A stretch of 64,000 nt of DNA from Opitutia bacterium Tous-C8FEB (lineage in GTDB: Bacteria; Verrucomicrobiota; Verrucomicrobiia; Opitutales; Opitutaceae). Position numbers and translations under genes: made by a program. This document shows positions 1 through 13,032 of the stretch, one piece after another. Under the pieces are notes generated by a model. The model was not told where the DNA came from. It saw only the letters and a list, made by a program, of their open reading frames with translations, and did not search any database. The number at the start of each line of letters is the position of its first letter. Positions within the stretch are counted from its first letter, which is position 1. Location of the stretch: positions 11,722 through 75,721 of the forward strand of contig NEUZ01000001.1 of assembly GCA_002304435.1 (NCBI GenBank), in the 5' to 3' direction.

Positions 1-1
1 G

Positions 2-3000
2 CCGCTCGATGACAAGGGACTTGAGCTCGCCGGGCGGCTCCTGACTTACGGACCCCGCCGGGCAGCTGACCGGCGGGCGGGCTGGACCCTCGTGGTGGGC
101 CCGCGGCCGGGCACCCTCTCCCCCTGGTCCTCTAAGGCGACCGACATCGCCCGCAACTGCGGCCTCACCGCGGTGCGCCGGTTGGAGCGGGTCGTCGAAT
201 ACACCTTAGAGTTCGACGGCGCACCGGCGCCCGGGGTGGCCGACCGAGTCCGCGCGCGCCTGCACGACCGAATGACGCAGGCAGTGTTCCCCGAAGTCGA
301 AGCCTGCGCCGCTCTCTTCCGGCGCGAGGAGCCGCGCGCCCTCGCCGCGATCCCGCTGCGCGCGCAAGGACGCGCCGCGCTCGTGGAGGCCAACCGCACG
401 CTCGGCCTCGCGCTGGCGGAGGACGAGATCGACTACCTCGCTCGGGCCTTCGCGGACCTTGGGCGTGACCCGCACGACGTGGAACTGATGATGTTCGCGC
501 AGGCCAACTCCGAGCATTGCCGGCATAAGATCTTCAACGCCACGTGGGAGATCGACGGCGAGGCTCGCGCCCGCTCGCTGTTCCAGATGATCCGCCACAC
601 CCACGAGCGGCACAGCGAGGGGATCCTCTCGGCCTACAAGGATAACGCCGCCGTGCTCGCTGGCCACCCCGGACGCCGTTTCTTCGCCGATCCCCGCACC
701 GGCCGCTACGTCGAGCGCGACGAGGAGATTCACCTGCTCTGCAAAGTCGAGACGCACAACCACCCGACCGCCATCTCCCCCTTCCCCGGCGCCGCCACCG
801 GCTCCGGCGGCGAGATCCGGGACGAGGGCGCGACCGGCCGGGGCGCCAAGCCAAAGGCGGGGCTCGTGGGCTTCACCGTATCCCATCTGCGCCTGCCCGG
901 CGCGGTGCGTCCGTGGGAGACCGATCACGGCCGGCCCGCCCGGCTGGCACCGCCGCTTGAGATTATGCTCGACGGCCCCTTGGGCGGCGCCGCCTTCAAC
1001 AACGAGTTCGGCCGTCCCGCTCTCTGCGGCTACTTCCGCGCCTACGAGGCCGAAGTGCCCGGCGCCGACGGGCCCGAACTCCGCGGCTACCACAAGCCGA
1101 TTATGCTCGCGGGCGGCGTGGGCAACATCCGCCCCGGGCACGTCCGCAAGGGAGCGATCGAGCCCGGCGACCACCTGGTCGTGCTCGGCGGCCCCGCGAT
1201 GCTCATCGGGCTCGGAGGCGGCGCCGCCAGCTCGGTCGCCAGCGGGCACGGCAGCGAGGATCTGGATTTCGCCAGCGTCCAGCGGGACAACGCCGAGATG
1301 CAGCGCCGCTGTCAGGAGGTCATCGACCGCTGCTGGGCCCTCGGCGACGAGAACCCCATCGCCTTCATCCACGACGTCGGCGCCGGAGGGGTCTCCAATG
1401 CCCTGCCCGAGCTCGTCAACGACGGCGGCCGGGGCGGCCGCTTCGAACTCCGCCGCCTACCCAACGACGAGCCCGGGATGTCCCCCCTCGAGCTCTGGTG
1501 CAACGAATCGCAGGAACGCTACGTGCTCGCGATCCCGGCGGTCCGAATGCCCGAGTTCGCCCGGATCTGCGAACGGGAGCGGGCCCCGTACGCCATCGTC
1601 GGCGAGGCCACCGCCGAGCGGCAGCTCGTCGTCACCGACGAGCACTTCGGCAACCGGCCGATCGACCTGCCCCTCGAAGTCCTGCTCGGGAAGCCGCCTC
1701 GGATGCACCGCCGAGAGACCTCGCGGCAGCGGCCGCTCGCCCCCCTCCGAATCGACGCGCCGCTGGCCGAGGCCGTGCGCCGCGTGCTGCTGCACCCGGC
1801 CGTGGCCGACAAGACCTTCCTGATCTCGATCGGCGACCGCACCCTCGGCGGCCTGGTCGCGCGCGACCAGATGGTCGGGCCTTGGCAGGTTCCAGTTGCC
1901 GACTGCGCGGTCACCGCGGCCGGCTACGACGGGTACACTGGCGAGGCGATGGCGATGGGCGAGCGGACGCCCGCGGCGGTCAACAACGCGGCCGCCTCGG
2001 CCCGCCTCGCAGTCGGAGAGGCATTGACCAACCTCGCCGCCGCGCAGGTGGGGGAACTCGGGCGCGTCAACCTCAGCGCCAACTGGATGGCGGCACCCGC
2101 CGTACCCGGCGAGGCCGCCAACCTCTACGCGGCTGTCCACGCGGTCGGAATGGAGCTCTGCCCCGCCCTCGGTATCACCATTCCGGTCGGCAAGGACTCG
2201 ATGAGTATGTCGACGGTCTGGCCCGAGGGCGGCGCCGACCGCCGGGTCACCTCGCCAGTCTCTCTCATCGTCTCGGCCTTCGCCCCGGTGACGGACATCC
2301 GCCTCACCCTCACGCCCCAGTTGCAGGCGCAAGAGGACACGGAGTTGCTGCTAATCGACCTTGGCCGCGGCCGCGACCGGCTGGGCGGATCGATCCTCGC
2401 CCAGGTGTTCCTCCAGACCGGCGAGGCCCCGCCCGACGTCGACCGCCCCGCCGATCTCCGGGGCTTCTGGGGGGCAATCCAGCAACTCGGCCGCGAGGGC
2501 CTGCTGCTGGCCTACCACGACCGCTCCGATGGCGGGCTCCTGGTCACGGTGGTCGAGATGGCCTTTGCCGGGCGCCGCGGGGTGGTGCTTGAGCTGCTCG
2601 CAGGCGCGCAGGACCCTCTCGCCGCCCTGTTTGCCGAGGAGTTGGGCGCCGTGGTCCAGATTGCGGCCGCCCAGCGGCCGCGGGTCCTCGCGGTGCTCGC
2701 GGAACACGGCCTCGCGGACTGCACCCGGCCCCTCGGCCGGACGACCGCCAATCCTCGCATCACGGTCCTCCGGGACGGGGCCGAGCTCTGGTCCGAGGAC
2801 CTGTTTGCGCTGCGGGACCTCTGGTCGGACGCCACTCGGCGGCTCGCCGCATTACGCGACAATCCGGAGTGCGCCGAGTCCGAGCACGGCCTGCGCCTCG
2901 ACCGGGAGGATCCGGGCCTGCGCCCAGTGGTGCCGTTCACCGTGTCGATCGGGCGCGACCTGACTGGCCGTCCGCCCCTCGCGATCCTGCGCGAGCAGGG

Positions 3001-3742
3001 GGTCAACGGGGAGGTAGAGATGGCGGCCGCGTTCCACCGGGCGGGTTTCGCCCCGGTGGACGTCCATATGTCGGACATCCTCGCCGGCCGGGTGAGCCTG
3101 CGGGACTTCCGCGGCCTCGCGGCCTGCGGGGGCTTCAGTTACGGGGATGTCCTCGGCGCCGGCGAGGGCTGGGCGAAGAGCATCCTCTTCAACGAGCGCG
3201 CCCGGGCGGAGTTCGCCGCCTTCTTCACGCGGCCCGACACCTTCGCCCTCGGGGTGTGCAACGGGTGCCAGATGATGAGCAACCTGCGTGAGATCATCCC
3301 GGGAGCCGCCGACTGGCCGCGGTTCGTCCAGAACGAGAGCGAACGCTACGAGTCGCGGTACGTCTCGGTGCGGATCGAGCGTAGTCCGAGCCTGCTGTTC
3401 GCGGGGATGGAGGGCGCGGTCCTGCCCGTGGCCGTGGCCCACGGGGAAGGCCGCGCGGAATTCGCGGATGCCGCCGCCGCGGAGGCCTTCAGCGCCTCGG
3501 GCCTCGTCGCGGCGCGCTTCGTGGACAACCACCACCGCGTGACGCAGCGCTACCCGCTGAACCCGAACGGATCCCCCGCCGGGATGACCGCGCTGACCAG
3601 CCGCGACGGCCGGGTGACGATCCTGATGCCGCACCCGGAGCGCGTGTTCCGCTCGGCCTGCCTGAGCTGGGCGCCCCGCGGATGGGGGGAGGACAGCCCG
3701 TGGATGCGGCTCTTCCGCAACGGACGCCAGTGGGTCGGCTGA
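2..3742 (+). CDS. purL: Phosphoribosylformylglycinamidine synthase, large single-chain type; 5' end lies before the window
   Basis: Frame is open from position 2 ([19 protein letters not shown]...). Motifs [41 protein letters not shown], and glutaminase GVCNGCQ and MPHPER. Confidence 0.98.
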   Translation, partial: PLDDKGLELAGRLLTYGPRRAADRRAGWTLVVGPRPGTLSPWSSKATDIARNCGLTAVRRLERVVEYTLEFDGAPAPGVADRVRARLHDRMTQAVFPEVEACAALFRREEPRALAAIPLRAQGRAALVEANRTLGLALAEDEIDYLARAFADLGRDPHDVELMMFAQANSEHCRHKIFNATWEIDGEARARSLFQMIRHTHERHSEGILSAYKDNAAVLAGHPGRRFFADPRTGRYVERDEEIHLLCKVETHNHPTAISPFPGAATGSGGEIRDEGATGRGAKPKAGLVGFTVSHLRLPGAVRPWETDHGRPARLAPPLEIMLDGPLGGAAFNNEFGRPALCGYFRAYEAEVPGADGPELRGYHKPIMLAGGVGNIRPGHVRKGAIEPGDHLVVLGGPAMLIGLGGGAASSVASGHGSEDLDFASVQRDNAEMQRRCQEVIDRCWALGDENPIAFIHDVGAGGVSNALPELVNDGGRGGRFELRRLPNDEPGMSPLELWCNESQERYVLAIPAVRMPEFARICERERAPYAIVGEATAERQLVVTDEHFGNRPIDLPLEVLLGKPPRMHRRETSRQRPLAPLRIDAPLAEAVRRVLLHPAVADKTFLISIGDRTLGGLVARDQMVGPWQVPVADCAVTAAGYDGYTGEAMAMGERTPAAVNNAAASARLAVGEALTNLAAAQVGELGRVNLSANWMAAPAVPGEAANLYAAVHAVGMELCPALGITIPVGKDSMSMSTVWPEGGADRRVTSPVSLIVSAFAPVTDIRLTLTPQLQAQEDTELLLIDLGRGRDRLGGSILAQVFLQTGEAPPDVDRPADLRGFWGAIQQLGREGLLLAYHDRSDGGLLVTVVEMAFAGRRGVVLELLAGAQDPLAALFAEELGAVVQIAAAQRPRVLAVLAEHGLADCTRPLGRTTANPRITVLRDGAELWSEDLFALRDLWSDATRRLAALRDNPECAESEHGLRLDREDPGLRPVVPFTVSIGRDLTGRPPLAILREQGVNGEVEMAAAFHRAGFAPVDVHMSDILAGRVSLRDFRGLAACGGFSYGDVLGAGEGWAKSILFNERARAEFAAFFTRPDTFALGVCNGCQMMSNLREIIPGAADWPRFVQNESERYESRYVSVRIERSPSLLFAGMEGAVLPVAVAHGEGRAEFADAAAAEAFSASGLVAARFVDNHHRVTQRYPLNPNGSPAGMTALTSRDGRVTILMPHPERVFRSACLSWAPRGWGEDSPWMRLFRNGRQWVG

Positions 3743-3747
3743 CCCGG

Positions 3748-3783
3748 GAAAAGATGAGGGCCGCCTACCCCTAGGCGGCCCTC
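3748..3783 (-). terminator. Intrinsic terminator-like hairpin, U-rich tail on the minus strand (may also stop purL)
   Basis: Perfect 12-bp stem GAGGGCCGCCTA-CCCC-TAGGCGGCCCTC (3756-3783). On the minus strand it is followed by ATCTTTTC; no U-tract on plus. Confidence 0.7.
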
Positions 3784-3816
3784 GCACCTAACACCAAGCA
3801 AACCATTGAACTACCA
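3748..3816 (-). ncRNA. Candidate small RNA (GU-rich body plus terminator)
   Basis: Low-GC GU-rich stretch GGTAGTTCAATGGTTTGCTTGGTGTTAGGTGC runs into the minus-oriented terminator, between two plus-strand genes. TTGAAC -35-like hexamer at 3850-3845; the -10 is weak. Confidence 0.35.
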
Positions 3817-3886
3817 CGGGGAAAGACGCCTTGCCCCGCCCCGCGTTCAAAATTCGCGAGAAAAAATCCACCCCCGCTTCCCTTAG

Positions 3887-4843
3887 ATGAAAACCCCACC
3901 TCTCGTCCGGCCGTTCCTCGTCTGCGCCGCCCTCGTTGGCCTGCCCCTGCCCGCCGCCGATTTCGCCCCGGTCGACGCCGCGGAATTCGCCCGCTGCCTG
4001 CCCACCGATGCCAAGGTGGAGCGCCTCGCCACCGGCCTTGGTTTCACCGAGGGGCCGGTCTGGCTGCCCCGGGAAGGCATTCTGGTCTTCAGCGACATCC
4101 CTCGGGACCAACTCCTCCGCTGGTCGCCCGCCGGCGGGATCGCCCCGTTCCGCGAACCGAGCCGGAACGCCAACGGCAACACCCTCGACCTGCAGGGGCG
4201 CCTCCTCACCTGCGAGCACTCCGGGCGCCGGGTGGCCCGCCGGGAGGCGGACGGCACCCTCGTCACCGTCGTGGACCGCTTCGAGGGCCGCCGCCTGAAT
4301 TCGCCCAATGACATCGTGGTCAAGGCGGACGGCACCCTCTGGTTCACCGACCCCGAATACGGACTGAAGACCAACCCCGCCACCAAACAGCGGGAGGGCA
4401 AGGAGCAGCCGGGCAACTTTGTCTATCGCCACGACCCGGCGACCGGCACGACCACCGCGGTGGTGCGGGACTTTGTCCAGCCGAACGGCTTGGCATTTTC
4501 CCCCGACGAGAAGCTGCTCTACGTCGCCGACTCCGGCGCACCCCGCCACATCCGGGTGTTCGCGGTGGGGGCGGACGGCCGCCTGGATGCCGGCCGCGTC
4601 TTTTGCCAGCTGGACAAGGGCGGGCCGGACGGTATCCGCGTCGACCGGGAAGGCCGGGTTTGGTCGAGCTCCGGCGATGGCGTCCAGATTTTCCAACCGG
4701 ACGGGCGGCTGGTCGGCCGCATCCTCCTGCCCGAGTCCGCGGCCAACCTCTGCTTCGGCGGACCCGACGGGAAGACACTCTACATCACCGCCCGGAAGTC
4801 CCTCTACGCGGTGCGCACGAGCGTGACCGGCGCGGGACGCTGA
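3887..4843 (+). CDS. SMP-30/gluconolactonase/LRE family protein, secreted
   Basis: Signal peptide; motifs FTEGPVW, LNSPNDI, QPNGLAFSPD, PDGIRVD. Confidence 0.92.
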   Translation: MKTPPLVRPFLVCAALVGLPLPAADFAPVDAAEFARCLPTDAKVERLATGLGFTEGPVWLPREGILVFSDIPRDQLLRWSPAGGIAPFREPSRNANGNTLDLQGRLLTCEHSGRRVARREADGTLVTVVDRFEGRRLNSPNDIVVKADGTLWFTDPEYGLKTNPATKQREGKEQPGNFVYRHDPATGTTTAVVRDFVQPNGLAFSPDEKLLYVADSGAPRHIRVFAVGADGRLDAGRVFCQLDKGGPDGIRVDREGRVWSSSGDGVQIFQPDGRLVGRILLPESAANLCFGGPDGKTLYITARKSLYAVRTSVTGAGR

Positions 4844-4849
4844 GCGGGC

Positions 4850-7374
4850 CTAGAAGGTGCCCTTGATGCCGATCGTCCAGAGGGCGCCCAAATCAAAGCG
4901 CTGGCGCAGGCGGGCATAGCCCGGAGTGACGGCGCCGTAGGCCTCCTGATCATCGGGAACCACGGTGGCGTTCCGCAGGTTCACGAACAGCGCGGTCTCC
5001 CGGGTGAGCCGCCGCTCGGCCAGCACGTCCACGTAAAGCCGCGGCTTCTCCCAGAAGAACGCGTCGGGCGGGAGGCTTGATCCCGTGGCGATGCGCCCCG
5101 CGCGCTGGCGCCCCCGGTAATTCCAGTTGAGTCGCAAGCTGCCACTGGGCCGGTTGACGCTCACACCCCAGCTGGCGGCGAGGGGCACAAACCCAGCGAA
5201 GTCGCCCGTGTCATCCCCCAGCACCCGCTGCGAGGTCACGTTGGCGAAAACCTGCGTGCCGCGCGCCCACGCGGGCAGGAAGGGCGGCGCGTGCCGGTAG
5301 TCGACACTCCAGCCCTCGAGCCGCACGGCGCCGGGCAGGTTGTACTGCGTGGAGACGTCGTAGCCCCCGAAGACCGACGGCTCGAGGCTGTAGAGCGCGA
5401 GAAACTCCGGGGACGACGCCTGCACGGTGCTCCCGAAGAAATTCCGGATCTGCCGCCGGAACGCCCCGACCGAAAGCTGGCCGACGCCCTCAAAGTAATG
5501 CTCCAGCCGCACCTTCACGCTGCGGGCGGACCAGGCCTTGATCCCCGCGTTGTTCACGATGATCCGGTTTCCCGGCGAGGGCGGTGACTCGGTGTCCGGC
5601 AGCGTCAACCCGCCGGTGTCGTGCTCGGCCGGCCGTCCGCGCCGACAAAGGTGAACACCCGGGTGCCGCCGCGCAGGTCGCGGCGCCAGTCGCGCACCTC
5701 GAATCCCGCCTTGAGCGTCAGGGGCACGGCGCCACCAAAGTCACGCCGCGCGTTCCCGTGGACACTGCGCCGGAGGTCCGTGGTGCTGTTCTGGATGCTG
5801 TTGGACTGAGCGTAAGCGTACGAGGCGAGACGGTAGGGATCGACCGGCGCTCCCGCCGCGTCCGTGACCGTGATCCGGCCCGGCCGCAGGTACTGCAGAT
5901 CCTCGAAGGCCACCGTCACCCCGGTGCGGCGGACCTGCGTGTTGTTGAATATCCCCTTGTCGATGTCGCGGACCCGGTTCGTGCCTTGGGAGTGCCCGGC
6001 GCCAGCTTCCAGTTTCCAGACGGGACCGTCGTGCCGCCAAGTGAGGGAGGGCATCCAGGTGCGGTTCAGGCGGTCGCGGCCACCCTGGTTGAGCAGGAGG
6101 TCGCCCGCCGCCACCGCGCCGCGCGTGAAGGTCGGCCCGAAGGCACCCGCATCGACCCGGTTCACGTTGAACGTGAGCTGGCGCGTCGTGGTGTCGGCGT
6201 TGAAGGAGAAGTACTGGAACGAGAACGCCAACCGGTCCCGGGCCGAGAGGCGGGCGTCCGCGGTCACGGAGAAGGAGCGCCGGATCGTGTCCTTGGGGGC
6301 GTCGCGCACCACGTAGGAGGAAAGGTAAGGGCGGTCCGGCGTGGTGTGGGGGAAGGCGGTGCCATTGGTCGCGGCGGTCACCCCGCGCCAGGTGTTCTGG
6401 GTGAAGTCCTCCGCCGTGTACTGGCGCGCCGTGCCTCCGGAAAGCGTGAACCCGAAACGGGCCGAGACCGGGTGGACATAGGCGAAATCAAAGCTCGGGT
6501 GCACCTTGCGCGTGTCGGCCTCCCGCGGCCCGGGCGACCTGTGGAAGTCGCGCGCGTTGTCCCGCATCACGAGGGCGAGCGAGGCGGTCAGCTGCGGCCG
6601 CACGCGCTCGAACGAGCTGCGCGGCACGAGGTTCACCGAGCCCGCCAGCGCGGAGCCCTGCGATTCGGGCGTCGGCGAGAAGGACACCTCGACGCGCGAC
6701 ATGCTGTTGATCTAGGCCATATCGACCTGCACCGAACGGCCCGTGTTGTTGTCACCCCCGGTGCTCGCGAGGCTGAAGCCGTCGATCGTGATCGGGGTGT
6801 GCACGGAGGGGACCACGTCGATCACGATGCCCCGCGCGTAGCCCCCGCCGTACTCGACGGTCACGCCCGGGAGAAACTTCACGAACTCCCCCACGTTGCC
6901 CTCCGCCACGTGGCCGAACTCATCCGTCGCGACCACCTGGCGGACGTTGGGGGCGTAGCGCTGCTCGTTGATCGCGAGCGCCGCGGCATCCATCTCGCGC
7001 GAGGCTCCGACCACGAACTGATCCAGCCGGACCGTGCCGCCGCCCGCGCCGCCAAGGCTGAGATCCAGCACCGCGGTGCGGCCGGCGACCACCTCGGTGG
7101 AGCCGGTCGCCGGCGGTAATCCGGTGAACGTGGCCCGGACGTCGACGCGACCCGCCGGCACCCGCGGGAAACGGTAGCGACCATCCGCGTCGGTGAAGGC
7201 CTCGGATGCGCCCCCCGCAAGGGTAACGCGGGCATTGCCGAGGTACTCGCCGGACCGCTCGTTGAGCACCCGCCCCTCCAAACTGCCCTCCACGGCGGCC
7301 CACGCCGCCGGCGGCAGGGCCGAAAGGAAAACTACGAACCACGGTGCGCTCCAAAACTTTCGGGGTGGGGTCAT
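4850..7374 (-). pseudogene. TonB-dependent receptor pseudogene in three fragments
   Basis: Fragments 7374-6712, 6702-5605 and 5608-4850 are colinear with the paralog at 61371+. In-frame TAG at 6714-6712; frameshifting deletion at about 5609-5619; C-terminal ...GIKGTF. Confidence 0.9.
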
Positions 7375-7430
7375 CCCCCACCCTGGGCGCAGGAACCGGT
7401 CAGCTCAAGCCCGCACGCGCCCAGACCGCC

Positions 7431-8303
7431 TCAGCGCGGGAGCGAACAGATCCCGCCGGGCAACTGGAAGACCGCCCGCGCCTCCGCGTCGTCGAGCTCG
7501 CGGTTGAACACGGCGAGATCGTCGATGAGCCCGGTGTAGGCGAGGCCGACGGTCAACGCGGACTGGCTCACGTCCCAATTGAACGTGTGGTTCCAACCCG
7601 TGAACGTCCCCTGCCACACGCCGTCGAGGTAGAGGGTGCCGCGGCCGTCCGGAGCGCCGGAGTTGATCCGCGAGAACGTGACCAGCACGTGCGTCCAGCG
7701 TTCGCGGGTGAAGGGCGGCCGATGCACCGCGACCATCGGGCGCTCCGGCTCCGGCATCTCCTCCCACTTCCGGTTCTGGGGATTCCAGAAACGGGTGACC
7801 GCCATAATCGCGAACCGAAAATGCCGCGGCGTGTGGTCCTTGCTGAACTCGATGAACAGGTTGCCCTCGTTCCACGCCTGGCCGACAAACTGAAACGGGT
7901 CGCAGTAACCGGGCTCCAAGTCACGGTCCGGGTCCAGCCGCAGCCAGAGCGACACGCTGCCCTGCCAGTCCTTCGGCTGGTAGCCGAGGTTATCGCCGCT
8001 GCGGTAAAACACCTGGGACTTGATCTTGCGCCGGAACTCCAGGGCCCCGCCGAACCGGCCCGCGTCCGGTACGACCCTCACGTCGTCCCCGGCGGGCAGG
8101 CCAGCGGGGGCACCGGCGCGTTTCGCCCGGTCCGCCGCGGTGTACACGCGCGGATCCCCGCGGGCGAAGGCGGCGTCCGCCGTAGCGTCATACGGCGCGT
8201 GGAACACGAGGGCGGAACGGAGGGAGGCGGGCGCCGGGGCGGCGACGGCGGCGAAGGCCGGGAGCAAAAACGCGAGGAGGCAGGGATGCGCGCGGGGGAT
8301 CAT
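7431..8303 (-). CDS. Secreted LamG-like (concanavalin A-like jellyroll) protein
   Basis: Signal peptide; WTHVLVTF, LYLDG, GLIDDLAVFNRELDDAEA; paralog of 44795-45631. Confidence 0.8.
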   Translation of the reverse strand: MIPRAHPCLLAFLLPAFAAVAAPAPASLRSALVFHAPYDATADAAFARGDPRVYTAADRAKRAGAPAGLPAGDDVRVVPDAGRFGGALEFRRKIKSQVFYRSGDNLGYQPKDWQGSVSLWLRLDPDRDLEPGYCDPFQFVGQAWNEGNLFIEFSKDHTPRHFRFAIMAVTRFWNPQNRKWEEMPEPERPMVAVHRPPFTRERWTHVLVTFSRINSGAPDGRGTLYLDGVWQGTFTGWNHTFNWDVSQSALTVGLAYTGLIDDLAVFNRELDDAEARAVFQLPGGICSLPR

Positions 8304-8309
8304 ACGGGG

Positions 8310-10187
8310 TCAGAACGGAAGGTAGCAGACCGTGTTGGACAAGAGCACGGTGATAAAAATCAGCACCATCGTCAGCGGACCAAGGTAGATGCGGCCGGTG
8401 AGGCGGAAGAAGAAGCGGTTGAAATAGGGCAGCACGAACATGATCGGCACCACCGCGAAGAGGAGGTTCACGTAGAGCCAGCCCTCCGTCCACCGCACTG
8501 TGCCCGTCGCGGCGAAGGTGGCGTACTGGACCCCAAGGATGAGCAGTAGGCCCAGAGAGTTGGCGAGCCCCGCTCGGAGCAGGCTGCGCCACTCGGGCTC
8601 ACCGGCAAAGCGCAGGGCGGCGTTCACGCGCAGGGAATTGGCGAGGAAGAACACGAGGAAAGCGGGCGCGTACATCGACAGCAGCGCGACCATCGCCGGC
8701 CCGATCGGCCGCGCGCCAAAATAGAGGAAGCGGTAGTCCACGTGAAAGACCGCGTGCACCCCGGCCAGCAGCAGGAAAAAGGTTCCCCAGAGGATCACCG
8801 CCAGGACGCCCGTGCGGCCCAACTCGGCGCCCGTGACCTGCCAGACCGGATCGGCCTCCACGGCGGCCGCCCGCTCCCGCCGCAGACGCCGCCCGAGGAG
8901 GAACAGCCCAAACCCCACGAGCCCGTTCACCAAGGCCCAGAGCATCAGGGCGTTGTTCATCCGCTGCGGGAAGAACCACGTCAGCGTCCGCCCCGAGGCC
9001 TCCGGGAACAGGCGCTGCGAGAGCTCCGCCAGCGGGATGTAGGACATCCCGGCGATGACCGCTCCCACGACCAGCAGCGCCCAGAGTGCCACGCGGCCGG
9101 TCCCGGTCGGCCGCGGGGGCGCCGGGGGCACCGGCCGGACCAGCGAGGCGAAGGCGGGCACCGTGGCCAGCAGCCAGCGTGCGAAGGGGACGAGCGCCGT
9201 GAGGGCCGCCGCCAGCGCGAGCAGCCCGCACAGCTCCTTCCAGTACCAGACCTGGTCGCGCGGCCCGGGAACGTCGCGCAGACCGAGCGTGCGGATAAAG
9301 AACTCCAGCTGGTTGGCGGTGGCCTCCACGCTATAAGGCTGGAAGGGATGCAGGAGGGGCTCGTTGTAGACGACGCGGAGCGTGCGATCCGCGTCGGAAC
9401 CGTAGTAACGCCCCGGCTCGATCTCGGTCAGGGCCCGGCCCGCCGCCCCGAGCCCGGAGCGCACCGCGCGCAGCGCCTCGGGCGCGCGCCGCATATCCCC
9501 GTGGCCGAGCTCGTTCCGGTACGCGCCCTCGTCGTGCAGCGCGTAGCTGACGCCCAGGTGCGAGCGCACCGGGCGCAGGGTGCGCTCCGTCAGCGTGAGC
9601 ACGTACCCGGAGATGAACACCGCGTGCAGCTTGCCGGGAGCACCCGTCCGCTCGGCCTCGCGGCCGAAGAGGCTCGCCGCCTGCAGGGCCGCGTTGCCTC
9701 CGGCGGAATGCCCCGTCGCGGCAAGGCGGGCGCGGTCGACGTAGTTGAGCACCCCCGTCGCGGCGTACTCGATGACCGCAAAGAGCCCGTAGCCCTCCTC
9801 AGTCGCCGCCCGGGTGCTGAGCGAGGCGCTGGAGCCTCCTTGGGCGAACGGATCCAGCGCGATCACCACGACCCCGCGGCGCGCCAGCTCGAGGGAAATG
9901 TTCGCCTGCGTCTCCTTGGAGCGCTGGAACCCCGGGACCACCACCACCAACGGTGCTGGCTTTTCGGCCGTGGCGGTGCGGGGACGAAAAAGGTCCGCCG
10001 CGATCCACTGGCCGTTCCGCGCCGGCAAGACGAGCCCGCGGACCTGGACCTCCCCGCCCGAGGACTGCACCCGCGAGCCGACCCACGAGGCGAGCAACAC
10101 GACGGCGAGACAGCACCAGAGCAGCCGGGGGACCTTCGCGGCCCGCAACCCGTAGGCGCCACCGTGCGGCCGGCCCTCAATGCTCAT
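8310..10187 (-). CDS. Alpha/beta-hydrolase fused to a multi-pass membrane domain
   Basis: PGFQ oxyanion segment, GHSAGG nucleophile elbow, several hydrophobic C-terminal helices. Confidence 0.8.
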   Translation of the reverse strand: MSIEGRPHGGAYGLRAAKVPRLLWCCLAVVLLASWVGSRVQSSGGEVQVRGLVLPARNGQWIAADLFRPRTATAEKPAPLVVVVPGFQRSKETQANISLELARRGVVVIALDPFAQGGSSASLSTRAATEEGYGLFAVIEYAATGVLNYVDRARLAATGHSAGGNAALQAASLFGREAERTGAPGKLHAVFISGYVLTLTERTLRPVRSHLGVSYALHDEGAYRNELGHGDMRRAPEALRAVRSGLGAAGRALTEIEPGRYYGSDADRTLRVVYNEPLLHPFQPYSVEATANQLEFFIRTLGLRDVPGPRDQVWYWKELCGLLALAAALTALVPFARWLLATVPAFASLVRPVPPAPPRPTGTGRVALWALLVVGAVIAGMSYIPLAELSQRLFPEASGRTLTWFFPQRMNNALMLWALVNGLVGFGLFLLGRRLRRERAAAVEADPVWQVTGAELGRTGVLAVILWGTFFLLLAGVHAVFHVDYRFLYFGARPIGPAMVALLSMYAPAFLVFFLANSLRVNAALRFAGEPEWRSLLRAGLANSLGLLLILGVQYATFAATGTVRWTEGWLYVNLLFAVVPIMFVLPYFNRFFFRLTGRIYLGPLTMVLIFITVLLSNTVCYLPF

Positions 10188-10905
10188 GACCGTGGTCCAG
10201 CGCGATCACCACCACCGCCAGCAGCCCGAACACCAGCGCGAGCAGCCCCGCTTCAAAACGCTCGAGGCTCCGGACGCGCACGCGGTCGAAGCCCAGCAGC
10301 GCCAGCCAAGTGAAGAGCGTCATCCCGCCGAGCGTCGCCACCGCGAGGATCACGCTGAGCACGACGAAGCCGCGCCAGCCGAACTGGACTCCCGAGAGGT
10401 AGACGCCGAGGAAGGCCTCGCAGGGCGAAAGGGTCAGCATCACGAAGAGCCCCCCGACCGCCGCCATCTCCCCGGTGCGCGCGGAGACCAGCGGGCTCGC
10501 CCGCAATTCCTCCTGCCAGTGGCTGCCCTCCTGCTCGTGCCCGCAACGCTCGCTCGGGTGGTGCGCGCCCCCGGGCGTGGCGTGATGGCAGATGCCCCGG
10601 CCACTCAGCTGCCGCCAGCCGTAATACAGCGCGAACACGCCCAGCATCCCACCCGCGATCCAGGAGAACGAGCCTACCCGCTCTTCCAATTGAAACCCGA
10701 ACCACGCGACCCCCAGCCCGAGCAGGCTAGTCAGGGCGACGTGCCCGAGTCCCGCCAGCGAGGCCACCGCGAGCGTCCGCCCGCGCGACCAGCCACGCTC
10801 CCGCGCGACGAGCACGAAGGGCAGCCAGTGCGTCGGGATCGCGGCGTGGAAGAAGGCCACCGTGAAGCCGGTGGCGGCCACGGTAGTGAGGACAGCGGAA
10901 GGCAT
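10177..10905 (-). CDS. His-rich membrane protein, RcnA/NiCoT-like putative metal transporter
   Basis: About 6 TM segments; HAAIPTHW in TM1, His/Cys-rich loop CHHATPGGAHHPSERCGH, SPC motif, C-terminal DHGHEH. Confidence 0.6.
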   Translation of the reverse strand: MPSAVLTTVAATGFTVAFFHAAIPTHWLPFVLVARERGWSRGRTLAVASLAGLGHVALTSLLGLGVAWFGFQLEERVGSFSWIAGGMLGVFALYYGWRQLSGRGICHHATPGGAHHPSERCGHEQEGSHWQEELRASPLVSARTGEMAAVGGLFVMLTLSPCEAFLGVYLSGVQFGWRGFVVLSVILAVATLGGMTLFTWLALLGFDRVRVRSLERFEAGLLALVFGLLAVVVIALDHGHEH

Positions 10906-10957
10906 CGGGAAGGAGGAGGGAGTCCGCCCGCACGGGGCGTGTCGACCGGAAACCTAG

Positions 10958-12996
<2,039 letters not shown>

Positions 12997-12997
12997 G

Positions 12998-13032
12998 CCG
13001 GGGCGACCCTTGACTCTCCCCGGGGCGACCCT
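12998..13032. repeat. 13-bp perfect direct repeat CCGGGGCGACCCT, two copies
   Basis: Copies at 12998-13010 and 13020-13032, period 22 bp. Confidence 0.9.

Noticed and set aside
3795-3822. GTAGTTCAATGG resembles a tRNA-Gly D-arm
   Set aside because: No acceptor stem, anticodon arm or TTCG T-loop can be folded
6712-6714. Amber recoding or pyrrolysine read-through
   Set aside because: TAG is a genuine stop elsewhere (4850, 33568, 35135), and the same gene also carries a frameshifting deletion
8734-8749. parS-like TAGTCCACGTGAAAGA
   Set aside because: Three mismatches to the consensus and inside a CDS
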